DNA of 64,000 nt from Camelus ferus (Eukaryota): positions 101,744,001-101,808,000 of the forward strand of contig NC_045697.1 of assembly GCF_009834535.1 (NCBI RefSeq), written 5' to 3'. Below the pieces are notes generated by a model that did not search any database, was not told the origin of the DNA, and was given only the letters and a program-made list of their open reading frames with translations. A program made the translations under genes and the position numbers. Shown here one piece after another: positions 39,505 through 51,137 of the stretch (positions are counted from its first letter, which is position 1; the number at the start of each line of letters is the position of its first letter).

Positions 39505-39607
39505 CCTACTCACTTTCTTTTTCTCATAGGACTATTGCCTTCTAAAATGTTTCTCCTCACTTGAATATAAGCTCCATGAAAACAGAGGATTTTGTCTCTT
39601 CTATTTT

Positions 39608-39668
39608 TTTTTATTGAAGTATAGTCAGTTTACAATGCTTTATCAATTTCTGGTGTACAGCATAATGT
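39608..39668 (-). mobile_element. Very short (~60 bp) L1 tail insertion
   Basis: TSD TCTTCTATTTT at 39597-39607 and 39669-39679. Confidence 0.85.
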
Positions 39669-40779
39669 TCTTCTATTTTCTGCAATGATTTGCTTAATCG
39701 TAAGCACCCAGAACAGTGCCTGCCTAATAGTGGACACTCATTAGATATTTGTTGGAGGAAGGGAGGGAAGGAAGGAGGGAAGGAGGGAAACAAGGTGAAG
39801 TGGTCAAGCAGAGACAGAGTGGCTCTCTTCTAGAAGGAATTCCTGATATGGGGGAGAAGCGTGGACAACTCTGAAGTTTCACTACAAATCTAAGACTCTA
39901 CATGGTAGGACTCTTCCCTTCTGCCACTAGAACCCAGGTTTTACTTACTGAGATGACTTGCCAAGTATCTTAGACAGGAATCACTTTGATGCAAGGAAGA
40001 GAAACCACTCAGGTTACATTAAATAAAAAGGAAGGTTTTAATTTAATGCATGGAATCTCACGGATCGCAAGGACAAGAACTCCAGGGTGGCCCCTTGAGA
40101 AGCTGAAACCAGGATTGTCTCTGCCTTTCTGGTACTTCATGAGATTTAATCTCACTTTCCCTCAGCAGACATCTCATTTCCCTTTACTGGACCGCTACAA
40201 GACCTCCCAGCTCTAGGGCCCATCACTAATTCATTAAAGTCTCTGTCTCGAATCCAAATTCTTCAAGAGTGAATCTGATTGGCTTGGCACAGCTGATCAC
40301 TTGTTTTCCATTATGTCAAGTGGTACCATCAGCTGTCACCGGAGGCAAGAGCATCAGAGTGCAACCATGACCAAAGAATCCACCCTGGTGGGCTTGGGAA
40401 GGGAGGCAGTTTGCAGAGAAGAAGCACATCAGCTGAACAGCCAAATTGGCTAGCGTGCCGAGGCTCCACCCCACTGGAATCTAACTGCATTAACATTCTG
40501 AACAATCTAATTTCATTTCCCCAGCAATTTCCTGTCTGGAAGAAGCTGCTGATTTCTTTGAAGCTAAAATAGGCACATTTCTCACTTATAAAAATAATAA
40601 ACAGCTTTCTGAGAAACTTCTGAGGAAAATTTTCTACCACCTGGAAAAGCACAGTAAGAGGATTCATCTCCTAGAATAAGAGTGGCTGAGACTTTCCCTT
40701 GAAACAGAGCTACAACATGTCACAGAAATTCTGCACCATGATCACAGATGTATATATAATTGCTTTTTCTAATAAATAA

Positions 40780-43700
40780 GCTGTTTTAAAAATTGAAGTA
40801 TAACATAAAGACAGACGTGTGCACAAATCACGTGTTCAGCTGGATGAATTTCCAAAAGTAAACACACCCTTATAACCAGCACCCAGACCAAGAAATCAAC
40901 ATTACCGCCCAACCACCCACATTCACCCCATGCCCACATATGTTCTTCTGACTTCCATAGATTAGCTTTGCCTAAATTTAGCATCTTTGGCTGTTTTTCC
41001 TATTGGGTTGGTTATCTTGTTTTGTTTTATTTTTAAAGCAACTTTGTTGAGGTATAATTCACATGCAATAAAGTGTTACATATTTAAAGTGCACACTTTG
41101 ATAAACTGTATATGTACAAACCATGCAACCATCACCAAAATTAATCCCTCCCAGCCCCCACTAACCACGGATCCACCTTCTGTCATTATCAATTTGTTTA
41201 TATTTCTAGCATTTTATATAAATGGAATGACATGGTATATTTTCATTTTTCTCTGGCTTCTTTCACTCAGAATAATTATTTTGAGATTCATCCATGTCAT
41301 TACATGTATCACTAGTTCATTCCTCTTTAGTGCTGAGTAGTAACCCATTGTATGGCTATGCTACACTTTCTTTATCTGTTAAGCTGTTGATGGGCATCTG
41401 AGTTGTTACTAGTTTGGTGTTATTTAAAATAAAGGGACCAAGAACATTTGTGCACAACTCTTTGAGTGAACATATGCTTTCATTTATCTTGGGTAGATAT
41501 TTAGGAGTGGAATGTCTGGGTCATATATTATATGTATGTTTAACTTTATAAGAAACTGCCAAAATGCCTTTGATTTTACATTTTCACAGCAGTGTATGAG
41601 AGCTTTAGTTGCTCAGTCTTCTAACCCTTGACATAATCAATCTTTTCAATTTTAGGCATTCTGAGAGGTGTACAGTGGGATCTCATTGTGATTTTAATTT
41701 GCATTTCCTTAACAACTAATGATTTTGTGCACATCTTTTGATATGATTTATTTGCCATGTTTATGTCTTTTTTGGTTAAGTGTCTATACAAATCCTTTGC
41801 CCATGTTTTGATTAGGTTGTTTGTTTTCTTCTTATTAAGTTTGATAGTGCTTTATTTACTCTTGATACAAGTCTTTTATCAAATATGTGATTTGTGAATA
41901 TTTTCTCCTCCAGTTTGTGGCATGTCTTTTCATTCTCTCAGTGGTGTCTTTCAAAGAGTGGAGATTCTTAATTTTGATAAAAGTCCAATTTATCATTGTT
42001 TTCTTTCATGGATCATGCTTTGGGCATCACATCTAAGATATATTTGCATAACTCAGTCACACAGATTTTCTCCTATGCTTTCTCCCAGAAGTTTTCTTTT
42101 TAGCAGGTTTTACTTTTACAACTATAATCTATTGTGCTGCAAGGTATGGATTGAATTTGTTGTTGTTGTTTTTGCATTTTGATATCCAATTGCTTCAGCA
42201 TCAATTATTGAAAAGACTATCCTTTCTTCTTTGAATTGCCTGTGCACCTCTGTCAAAGATCAATTGACCATATATGTGTGGGTCTATTTCTGGACTCTCC
42301 ATTCTGTTCCTTAATCCATTTATTCATCTTGATGCCAATACTACACTGTCTTTATTACAGTGGGTTTATATGTCTTGAAGTCAGGTGATGTAAGTTCTCT
42401 AACTTTGTTCTTTTCCAAAGTTGTTTTAGCTATTCTAGGTACTTTGTATTTCCATGTGAATTTTAGAATCAGCTTATCAATTTTGCCAAAACAGAAAAAA
42501 AAAGCTTGCTAGGGTATTTATTGGGATTGTGTTTACAGATCATTTCGGGGGAAAACTGACAACTTAATAATATTGTCTTTTGATTCATGAACTCAGTATA
42601 TCTTACTTAGGTATTCTTTAATTTTTCTCAGTGATACTGTCTTCACTCTGTGGATTTACAGTTGGAACAAATTTGGATAATTTTCTCCCCATTATCTTTT
42701 CAATTATTTCTCTGTGCCCTCCACCTTGGAGATTCCAATTACATGTATATAGCCCATTAGAACTGGTCCCATTTTCACTGATGCTCTGTTCATTTTTTTC
42801 AATCTTTTTTTTCTCTCTGTTTCATATTGCTACATGTTCAAATTCACTAAACTTTTTTCTGCAATGTCTAAATTGCTATTAATTGTATGCAGTACATTTT
42901 TCATTTCAGTCATTGTATTTTTCATCTCTAGAAGTTTGATTTCGGTCTTTATAATATCTTCCATGTCTCTACTTAACATGTTAAATCATTCCTCTAGCTC
43001 ACTGAACATACGGGATATAGCTGTAACAACTGTTCTATTTTGTCAACTAATTTTACCATATCACTTCTGGTTTGGCTTCAGTTGATTTTTCTCCTCATCT
43101 GGGGTCATATTTACCAGCTTCTTTGTAATCTCTGATCAATACCAAGTCAAGAGCTTTTGATTATTAAATCAGATTTTATAAACATTGGAAGAAGCATGGA
43201 CTTAAGGCATGCTAATTAGGTTTTGTCAAAATTTTACAAAAATCTATGATATATATTTATACTAAAGCTATATAATCTTTAGATTTAAGAGAGCAATCAG
43301 TTAACATTTTAGCAGATTAAAAGAGTGTTTGTATCAACCATACGCCAATAAAAAAAATACCTCTGAGGAAGTCAAACTGCCCTTAATCACTCTCAGCATA
43401 AGTTTATCAACTTGCATCCTTTTAGGAGTACGAACTCAAAACAAGTGTTAGGGAATTCTGAAGACCATTTTGGCAACATGAGTCAAAATTTCTGTACATT
43501 GAAATTTTGGAAAATCTATAAAAAGACATTTAAAAAAGAGTATTAAATACTGGTACAAGTTGGAAATTGAGAAAACTGGGTAGGTGTAGAAAATGAGTCG
43601 AGTGTTAGATGTTTTTGTTTTCGTATAAACATATTGAGCTCTGATTTAGGACATAGTTAAGTTTCTTGGGAACAGTTTGATCCTATAGGATCTAGCTATT

Positions 43701-44830
43701 ACGTTTTCTTAGGCAGATTCACAGCAGCATTTAGTCCAGGGCTAATTTTGCCCCACTACTGAGACAAAATCCTTCAGAGTACTCTCCAGTGCTTTGTGAA
43801 TTATGACGGCTTTCACCCTGGGTGGGAGAACAGGAACTATTTCCACCCTATGTGATTTCCCCTGTAGTCCTTTCCAGTGGCTCTTTCCTTAGCATCAGGC
43901 AGTTTCTTCACCTGCATCTGCCGATCGGTGTTTGGCTGAAGACTTGAGGGAACCATCTGAGTGAGGATCTCCAGCGCTCCACCTCTGTGCAGTTCTTTCC
44001 TGTTTGGTATTGTGTCCTGCGACCTCTAAGTGCATTAGCCTCCCCGAATTCCCAGATCCATCTTCTCAACTCAGAGAGAACTGCAGACTCCTGCGCTGTG
44101 CCCCAGAGAGTCTCTGCAGGCAACGAGCCATTTGCAGCGCTCACCTGGTTTATTTCCTGCCTCCAGGTTTCACTGCCTTTCATTCTTGTTGTCCAATGTC
44201 TTGAAAATTGTTGTTTCAAATATTTTGTCCTTTTTTAAAAGAAGTTGTTCAGTTTGGTAGGTAACTCTATTGTCTTTTACTCCATCTAGTTTGAAAGCTG
44301 AAGTCTTGGGCTGTCTATCATCTTCTTACTGATTCTAGGAGTATTCATATATTCCGACTGCAAGCCCTTTGACAAATACAGAAATTAACATATCTTCTTC
44401 CACTCTATGACTTGTTTTTGTATTCTTTTAAATATGATTTTTGATGAGGAGATGTTGTCAATTTTAATGCTGTCTAATATATCTCTTAAAATTTTAGGGT
44501 TAGTGCTTTCTGTGTCTGTTTACCTTCCCAAAGTTAAGATAGTTTTCTATGTTTTTGTTTAGAAATGTTCGTTTTTAAATTTAATTTGAAAGCCTACAAT
44601 CCATTTGGCATTGGTTTTTGTGTATGTTGTGATACAGGAACCAAAATTCTTTTTTTTTTTTAATATGAATATCCAATTGACCCAGCACCACTTACTGAAA
44701 AGTCTCTCATTTTCCCGCTGTACTTCAGTGTCAACTTGGTCACAATTTAATGACCAAACATGTGTGGGTCTGTTTCTTGGCTGTCTGTACATACATACAG
44801 TTTTAACCTTAGTCTGATAAAGCAGTCATT
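40780..44830 (-). mobile_element. Block of old L1M fragments (3' UTR, ORF2 and 5' regions), nested and rearranged
   Basis: T-rich antisense-L1 text such as 'tctcattgtgattttaatttgcatttcctt'. ORF 44559-44792 contains 'LFSKWCWVNWI', an L1 ORF2 motif. Confidence 0.8.
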
Positions 44831-45557
44831 TTATAATGTTCAGTTTAAAAAAAAACTTCAGTTTTCCTTAATTGAAGTATATATGTGTTAACTTAGTAGA
44901 CTATTGTTGCTCATCCAAAACACAGTTTGAACTCACCCAAGTGTGTAAATGTAATTATTATATTAAATAACTCTAATACTATTATATATAAAGTTTTTAT
45001 ATCAAAATCACTAAAGGATTTTAGTTTATATTTTACAACACAAAAACTCTTTTACCCAATAAGTAACCTAAGTTTTGATATAATAAGTTAGAAACAAAAT
45101 TATGCAATTCAGGGAGTGTTATCATAATCTGTTTAAAGTTATCATAACCCCTAATAATTATAATTGAAATAGTCTAAAAACAAACAATATTTTATTCTTT
45201 TGTCAAAAGACCGTCTTCTCACTACATCTATATAAATCTTACTCCAAGAATATTTTCATTCCAAGGTTATTTAAACACAACTTCCTTAGAAACATTTAGA
45301 GGTGTGAAAATTTCAATATTAAAAGTTTACGTTTAAGTTATTTATTAATTTTAAAATATTACATTGCTTTTGTTTTTTAAAACGTAACATTAAAATTTCC
45401 TATTACTAAAGGAATACATTTTGTTATAGAGAAATAATTAAATACACATATGATAAACAGAAAATTTTAAAAAGAAAACAGTCCCACCTTTGGACAATAT
45501 TACAAAGCACGGTTTGTCACTTTTGGGAGTCTGGTTATTCAGGAGACAATTCCTACT

Positions 45558-45921
45558 TGTCTTAGTCCATGTGGGCTGCCATAAAAAAATTACCTTAAAC
45601 TGGGTAACTTATAAATAACGGAAATTTATTTCGCACAGTTCTGGAGGCTGGGGAGCCCAATATCAAGACAGCCAGCAGATTCGGTGTCTGGAGAGGGCCC
45701 AGTTTCTGGTTCACAGCTGGCAGCTTCTTGCTGCGTCCTCACATGGTGGACCGGAGGGAAGGGAACTTTCTCCATCTCTTGTACAAGGTCACTCATCCCA
45801 CTCATGAGGGCTCCGTCCTTATGACCTAATCATCACCCCAAAGCCCCACCTCTTAATACCTTGGGGGGTTAGGATTTCAACATATGAATTTTGAGGGGAC
45901 AGAAACATTCAGACCATAGCA
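45558..45921 (-). mobile_element. MLT1A-like MaLR solo LTR
   Basis: 'tgtcttagtcc...cacagttctggaggctggg...cagattcggtgtctgg...ttaggatttcaacatatgaatttt...cattcagaccatagca', with TG...CA termini. Confidence 0.85.
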
Positions 45922-46202
45922 ATACCCAAACACCTTGACTCCTGCACCATCTCAGCAGCAAGCAAACATTCGGGTCACTCACCACATGATCAAAGCCCTT
46001 TTCTTCCTTCACTCATTCCCACAAATGTGTGTTAAGAACTTATTATAATGCCAGGTACCCCGGTAGGTGTTAGGGGTACAAATAAACTGAATAAACAAAA
46101 CAGACATGATCCTTTCCCCCCACGGAGTCCATTATCTAGTGAGAGAAGTCAATGTCTAAAATAATCACACAAAAGGATGTAAAACAACAACTATGAGATA
46201 TA

Positions 46203-46314
46203 CATATATATTTAAAGAGTTTATTACTATTATTTCTTAATGGGGCACGGGGGATCGAACACAGGACCTTGTGGGCACTAGGCATGTGCTCTACCACTGA
46301 GCTATACTCACCCC
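46203..46314 (-). mobile_element. tRNA-Ala-derived SINE (vic-1-like), more diverged
   Basis: Reverse complement 'ggggtgagtatagctcagtggtagagcacatgcctagtgcccacaaggtcctgtgttcgatcccccg'. Imperfect TSD tatgagatat / tatgacatat. Confidence 0.8.
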
Positions 46315-46650
46315 TATGACATATGTTCCTGTAGAGGATAATACGACAGTAAGAGGATAGAGTGGGAAATACGATTCAACGGAGGTATAAGGAAAGTTTT
46401 CCTGAGGGAGAGATGAGTGCCCTGAGATCTGAGGGTGAGCAGGAATTAACTAGCCCCAGTAAAACTAAATAAAAGTCACACAAGGGGAACAGTGAGAACA
46501 GAGGCCACATAGTGGAAAGGAAGAAGAGCATGTATGAGGAACCAGAAGAAGGCCTGAGTGACTGAGCACAGGACACATGAGAGTGGTCCAGATGAGGCCA
46601 GGTAGCTGCATAGGGGAGAGGCCATGCACAGCCTGGAGGCTGTGTTTAGA

Positions 46651-46833
46651 ATATGTACAAAATAGATAAACAACAAGTTTATACTTTATAGCACAGGGAA
46701 CTACATTAATATCTTACAACTTATTATGAAAATGAATATATGTATGTTCCTATATGACTGAAGCATTGTGCTGTACACTAGAAATTGACACACATTGTGA
46801 ACTGACTATACTGCATTAAAAATATATTAAAAA
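46651..46833 (+). mobile_element. 5'-truncated young L1 3' UTR fragment
   Basis: Homologous to 30750-30930. Confidence 0.85.
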
Positions 46834-48489
46834 ATTTTTTTGTTTTTTAGCGTATGCTCAATGGGCAGCAATTGAAGTGATTATATTTGAGCTTTATAAC
46901 AATTACTCTGGCTGAAAAGTAGAGAATCTATGGATCAGGAGAAAGAGGATGTTGCTACATCAAGCATATGACCAAAAATCCAAGTGGGAGATGAAGTAGC
47001 TAGGAAACGAGGGGTAGCATAGAAATAGATGAAATGGAAAAATATCCCACAGGCAAGCTCATCTACATGTGGTAGCGGGCTGGTGATGGAAGAGGAGAGG
47101 GGAAGATGGAAAGAATGACCAAGAGAAAGAAAAGAGAAACTGGAGTGTTGGTGAGAGCTGAGGAGTAGGTCATGATTCCGATTTTGCTCAATGGCACATA
47201 AAGAAGGCAGCTATATTTACAGGTTGGTTGTTCAGAAAAGAGAACTGGGCTGGGGGTGGGAATTTGTGAAGGGTCTGTGTATAGATAAAGACACAAACAC
47301 CAGCCCACGTGAGAGTATAGGGTGAGAAGCGAGGTGGCCTAGACTTCAGAATGCCATGGGCAAGGAAGAGCCTGCAAAGAAATGTAAGTGCGGCAAGGAG
47401 AGAGGAAGGTTCAAATCTGCGATGTCTCAGAGACCCAGGGTACTGAGTGTCTTAGGAAGGAGTGATGGAGAAATACAAAGACTGAACATGCTAGTGATGT
47501 GGGGGTCATTAGTGACCTTGGCAAACAGAAGAGAGAAATTTGGATGGTAGCCAGAAGGAAGCAGGATGAGGAGAGGTGGAAGACGAAGAACTAGAGAGAG
47601 AAACTACAGCAACACTTAATAGAAGTCTGGCTGTGAGAGAGGAGAGAAAAGCTGGTTAAAAAAACAGTAGCTAAAAAGAAATATAAGATGTAGAGGATTT
47701 TTTTTACATTGTTTTAACAGAAGACATGTGAGTATATTTAAAATGTGATGGATAATTTAACTCAGGTTTCAGTTAAAACTGAAGAGAACTGTCATCCGCT
47801 GCCCACCACGCTTTTGTCACAAACAATGCAACTAACTTTCATTTTAATTACACGGCAGTTTATTCAGAGGAATAGTCCTAACATAAGGGAAGAATTAAAT
47901 AATCTGAAACTTATGTGTTATTGGCAATTTCATCTAAGACTCCTCTCATAATAGCCATTTTAAAAGGCATCATGGTATTGGTTCACGTCCATTTAAAAAA
48001 GAGTGGGGTGTGTGTATGTATGTAAGTGAATGTACACCCAATCAGATCAGAGTGGTAGAATGCAAAATTTGGCAAATTATGGCGCTTTGGCTAACTCTGG
48101 CTCACCTCTCTTTTTTTTTAAATAAAGTTTTATTGCAACACACATACAGCAATAGAAACAACTGACATTGACAGTAAAGTATTTAGTTACAGAGAGAAGA
48201 GATCATTTAGAGGGTGATGTTCTTGAAAAGGTGCAATGGGATGAAATCCAAAGCATAAATGGAAGGACTGACCTTTCATAAGAGGAAAGCAATGCCCTGG
48301 ATTTGCCACAGGAAGGAGGGAGTAGCAGGAGTGAAGATGGTATGTAGGTTTGCATGTTTGATGGCCAGTGGTTGAAGGAGTTTCCATCTGAGCACTTGGT
48401 TGTCTGATAAAACTGTAAGATCTTTGGCTGATAGGGAAGGTGGAAGATTGGGACATTTGAGATCTCTGAAGATAGTTTAAGAGTTATTG

Positions 48490-48945
48490 CAAGCATTATT
48501 CATAATAGCCAAAAAGTAGAAACCATCCAAATATCCATCCTCTGATAAGTGGAAAAACAACATGTGATATATCCATATAATGGAAAAGCATTTAACAATA
48601 TAGAGGAATGAAGTATTGAGGTATGCTACAGCATGGACAAACCTTGACAACATTATGCTAAGTGAAAGAAACTAATCACAAAAGGTCATATATGATTCAA
48701 TTTATATGAATTGTTCAAAAGAGGCAAATCCATGGAAACAGAAAGATTAATGGTTGTCAAGGATGCGGGGAGAGGTGGAATAGGATTTCTTTTTGGGGTG
48801 ATGAAATAGTCCGAAATTAAGTAGTGGTGAGGTTGAAGAATTTTGTGAATATACTAAAAACCACTGAATTATACACTTTAAAAATGTGAATTTTATGGTA
48901 TGTGACTTACATCTCAATAAAGCTGTTAGTAAAAAAAAAGAAAGA
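48490..48945 (+). mobile_element. Old L1 (L1MB-like) 3' end
   Basis: 'agcattattcataatagccaaaaagtagaaac...cattatgctaagtgaaagaa...ctcaataaagctgtt' plus an A-rich tail. Confidence 0.8.
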
Positions 48946-50048
48946 ATATTCTAGAGAGCAGGCTAGTGAACTGTCCAGATGAAGGAAGTGGGATTGGCAG
49001 GTAACAGAGAGAACCATGAAGCTACCAGAGCTTCAGCTCAAGGCTGCTCACTGCGCAAGCCCCCACCCGAGTAGGGAGCTGCTGGGAGCCGAAGGGTATC
49101 CCAAGCGGGAGGGCAAGTCCTCCAGAAGCATATCCATGTAAGGATTCTGGTAAATCATCATAGAGATCTCAAAAGAAAGGTCTCTGTATCTCCTAGGCAC
49201 CAGTAATTTCTTTCTTATTCATTTCCTCATTCTAAATACAAATTCATCCTAATTTGGTATTTGTAATTGTATATTCTTTTCTTTGAAAAATGACTCTTGA
49301 GACTGTTTACGTTTCAGGTTCCAGAAAACCAAGATCTGCCCCAATGGTTGGGGATCTATTTGAGGTTACTGAATGTGAATTTATAGTGATGTCAGTCATT
49401 TTGCGGTGTAACTTGCTCTGATAGTGCTTGGCTGTTTGGGTACAGAACTCTGGGTTCACCCAGAGTTGGGGTTTTGTGAGTTGGAAGCATGTTATTGAAA
49501 ATGTGGACCACAAAGTTCAAACTGGATAAGGGGGGAAGTGAAGATGGAGAGGGCTGAGGACCATGAGAGAGCAGAGGGGTTAACAGGCTAGAAAGCCGTG
49601 GAAGAATTAAGAAGATCATACAGGAACACCTTGAAGGATCAAGCTGGAAGACAGTGGTTAAAGTGGGCTGCGGGAGGTGAATGACAAAGTCCACGGGGGG
49701 GCCACTGTCTGAGGTGATTTGAAGGTCATGGGAGAAGACAAAGTCATTTGCTCTGAGGAAGAATCTAAACTATAGGATGGTCTCCAAGCATCTGTACAAT
49801 CTGTCCCCTTCCTGCCCCTGTCACCTCACCCCACCCAATGTCCCTCTCACTTGCCTCCCTGCTGCCTTGATTCAGGTCCTCAGGAGTTCCTTTCAGCCTG
49901 AGGACTCTTCTTCGCTACTTGGCCAGGCCATTTTTACTCAACCTGAAGATCTCAGTTTAAAGTCTGTTCTGCAGGCATCTTTCCTCATCCACCCACTCTC
50001 CTCCCAGTGGGTAGATCCTCCTATTTTATGGCCAAGTAAGACTCTTTG

Positions 50049-50332
50049 CATTTTTCAAAAAATTGTTTTTATTGAAATATAGTCGATTTACAATGTTGGG
50101 CTAGTTTCTGGTGGACAGCATAGTGATTCAGTTATACATTCCCTTTTTTTATCTTCTTTTCCATTATAGGCCATTACAAGGTATTGAATATAGTTCCCTG
50201 TGCTCTACAGTAGGACCTTGTTGTTTATCTAGTTTATATACAGTAGTGTATATCTGCAAATCCAGAATTCCCACGCTATCCCTCTCCACTCATCCCCACC
50301 TTGTAGCCACAAGCTTGCCCTCCACGTCTGCA
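50049..50332 (-). mobile_element. 5'-truncated L1 with 11-bp TSD, inserted in L2
   Basis: TSD AAGACTCTTTG at 50038-50048 and 50333-50343. Confidence 0.88.
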
Positions 50333-50842
50333 AAGACTCTTTGTTTTTTGTTCACAGCAGTTTTTCAACTGTATTGTAGAAGTTACGGGGCTAATTACTA
50401 GTAAAATGTTCTTCTCTAGGACAAAAGAGTGAGGAAACAGGTCTGGTTATCCTCCCTACTGTATCCTGGAGAACATGTACATACTATACATTCCATAAAT
50501 ATTTGCTGTATGAATGGAATTTAAGATACTTATGTATAACAGTGTCTTCCAGCATGCCTTTTAATGTATAAAGATATAAAACGTAATTTAACAGACAACC
50601 TAAAAATGGCATACATTATAAAAACAAAGCAAATTTCCTTTCTATCATTCAAACATGGAGACATATCTACCTCCAACTGCTCCACAATCCTTACTTATCT
50701 CTAGAATTTCAAATTTCAAACAACATAGTTGAAAATAGGGAAAAATACTTAATGAGTTCTTTTATAGAAATGAGGTCACTGAATCCCTCATTTGAAATAA
50801 AGAAAAAAATTATTGGAATATTCCAAAATAGTACAAGATATA

Positions 50843-51137
50843 TAGTCAGCCCTCCATATCCTTGGATTCAACCAACCTTGGATGGGAAATATTTGGAAAA
50901 AATCCAGAAGGTTCCAAAAAAGCAAAACTTGAACTTGTCACTTGCTGGCACATGACATTTACATTGTGTTTACAACTATTTACACAGCATTCACATCACA
51001 TTGGATGGGAGGATGTGCTTAGGTTATACGCAAATACGACACGTGGATTTGGGCATCCACAGATTCTGGTATGGGGAGTGGGGAGTCCTGGAACCAGTTC
51101 CTCAGGGATACAGAGGGGGAGGCCAGAGGGACGACTA
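50843..51137. mobile_element. MER2-like Tigger (Tc1/mariner) non-autonomous element
   Basis: Imperfect TIRs 'tagtcagccctccatatcc' / 'gagggacgacta', preceded by TA; internal 'ttccaaaaaagcaaaacttgaa'. Confidence 0.75.

Larger units (their letters stand above)
38500..39760 (+). mobile_element. L2 LINE 3' region split by three young L1 insertions
   Basis: 'ttaaaacataagtcaga...caatggctccc', 'tataagctccatgaaaacagaggattttgtctc', 'cagaacagtgcctg...ggacactca.tagatatttgttg'. Confidence 0.75.
46010..47650 (-). mobile_element. L2 LINE fragments, interrupted by a SINE and an L1
   Basis: 'tcactcattcccacaaat...aataaacaaaacagacatgatcc' followed by purine-rich antisense-L2 text. Confidence 0.65.

Noticed and set aside
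7650..44090. Long-range inverted similarity between ~7650-7810 and ~43930-44090
   Set aside because: Two independent, highly diverged copies of the same old L1 5' region; not element termini or a functional inverted repeat.
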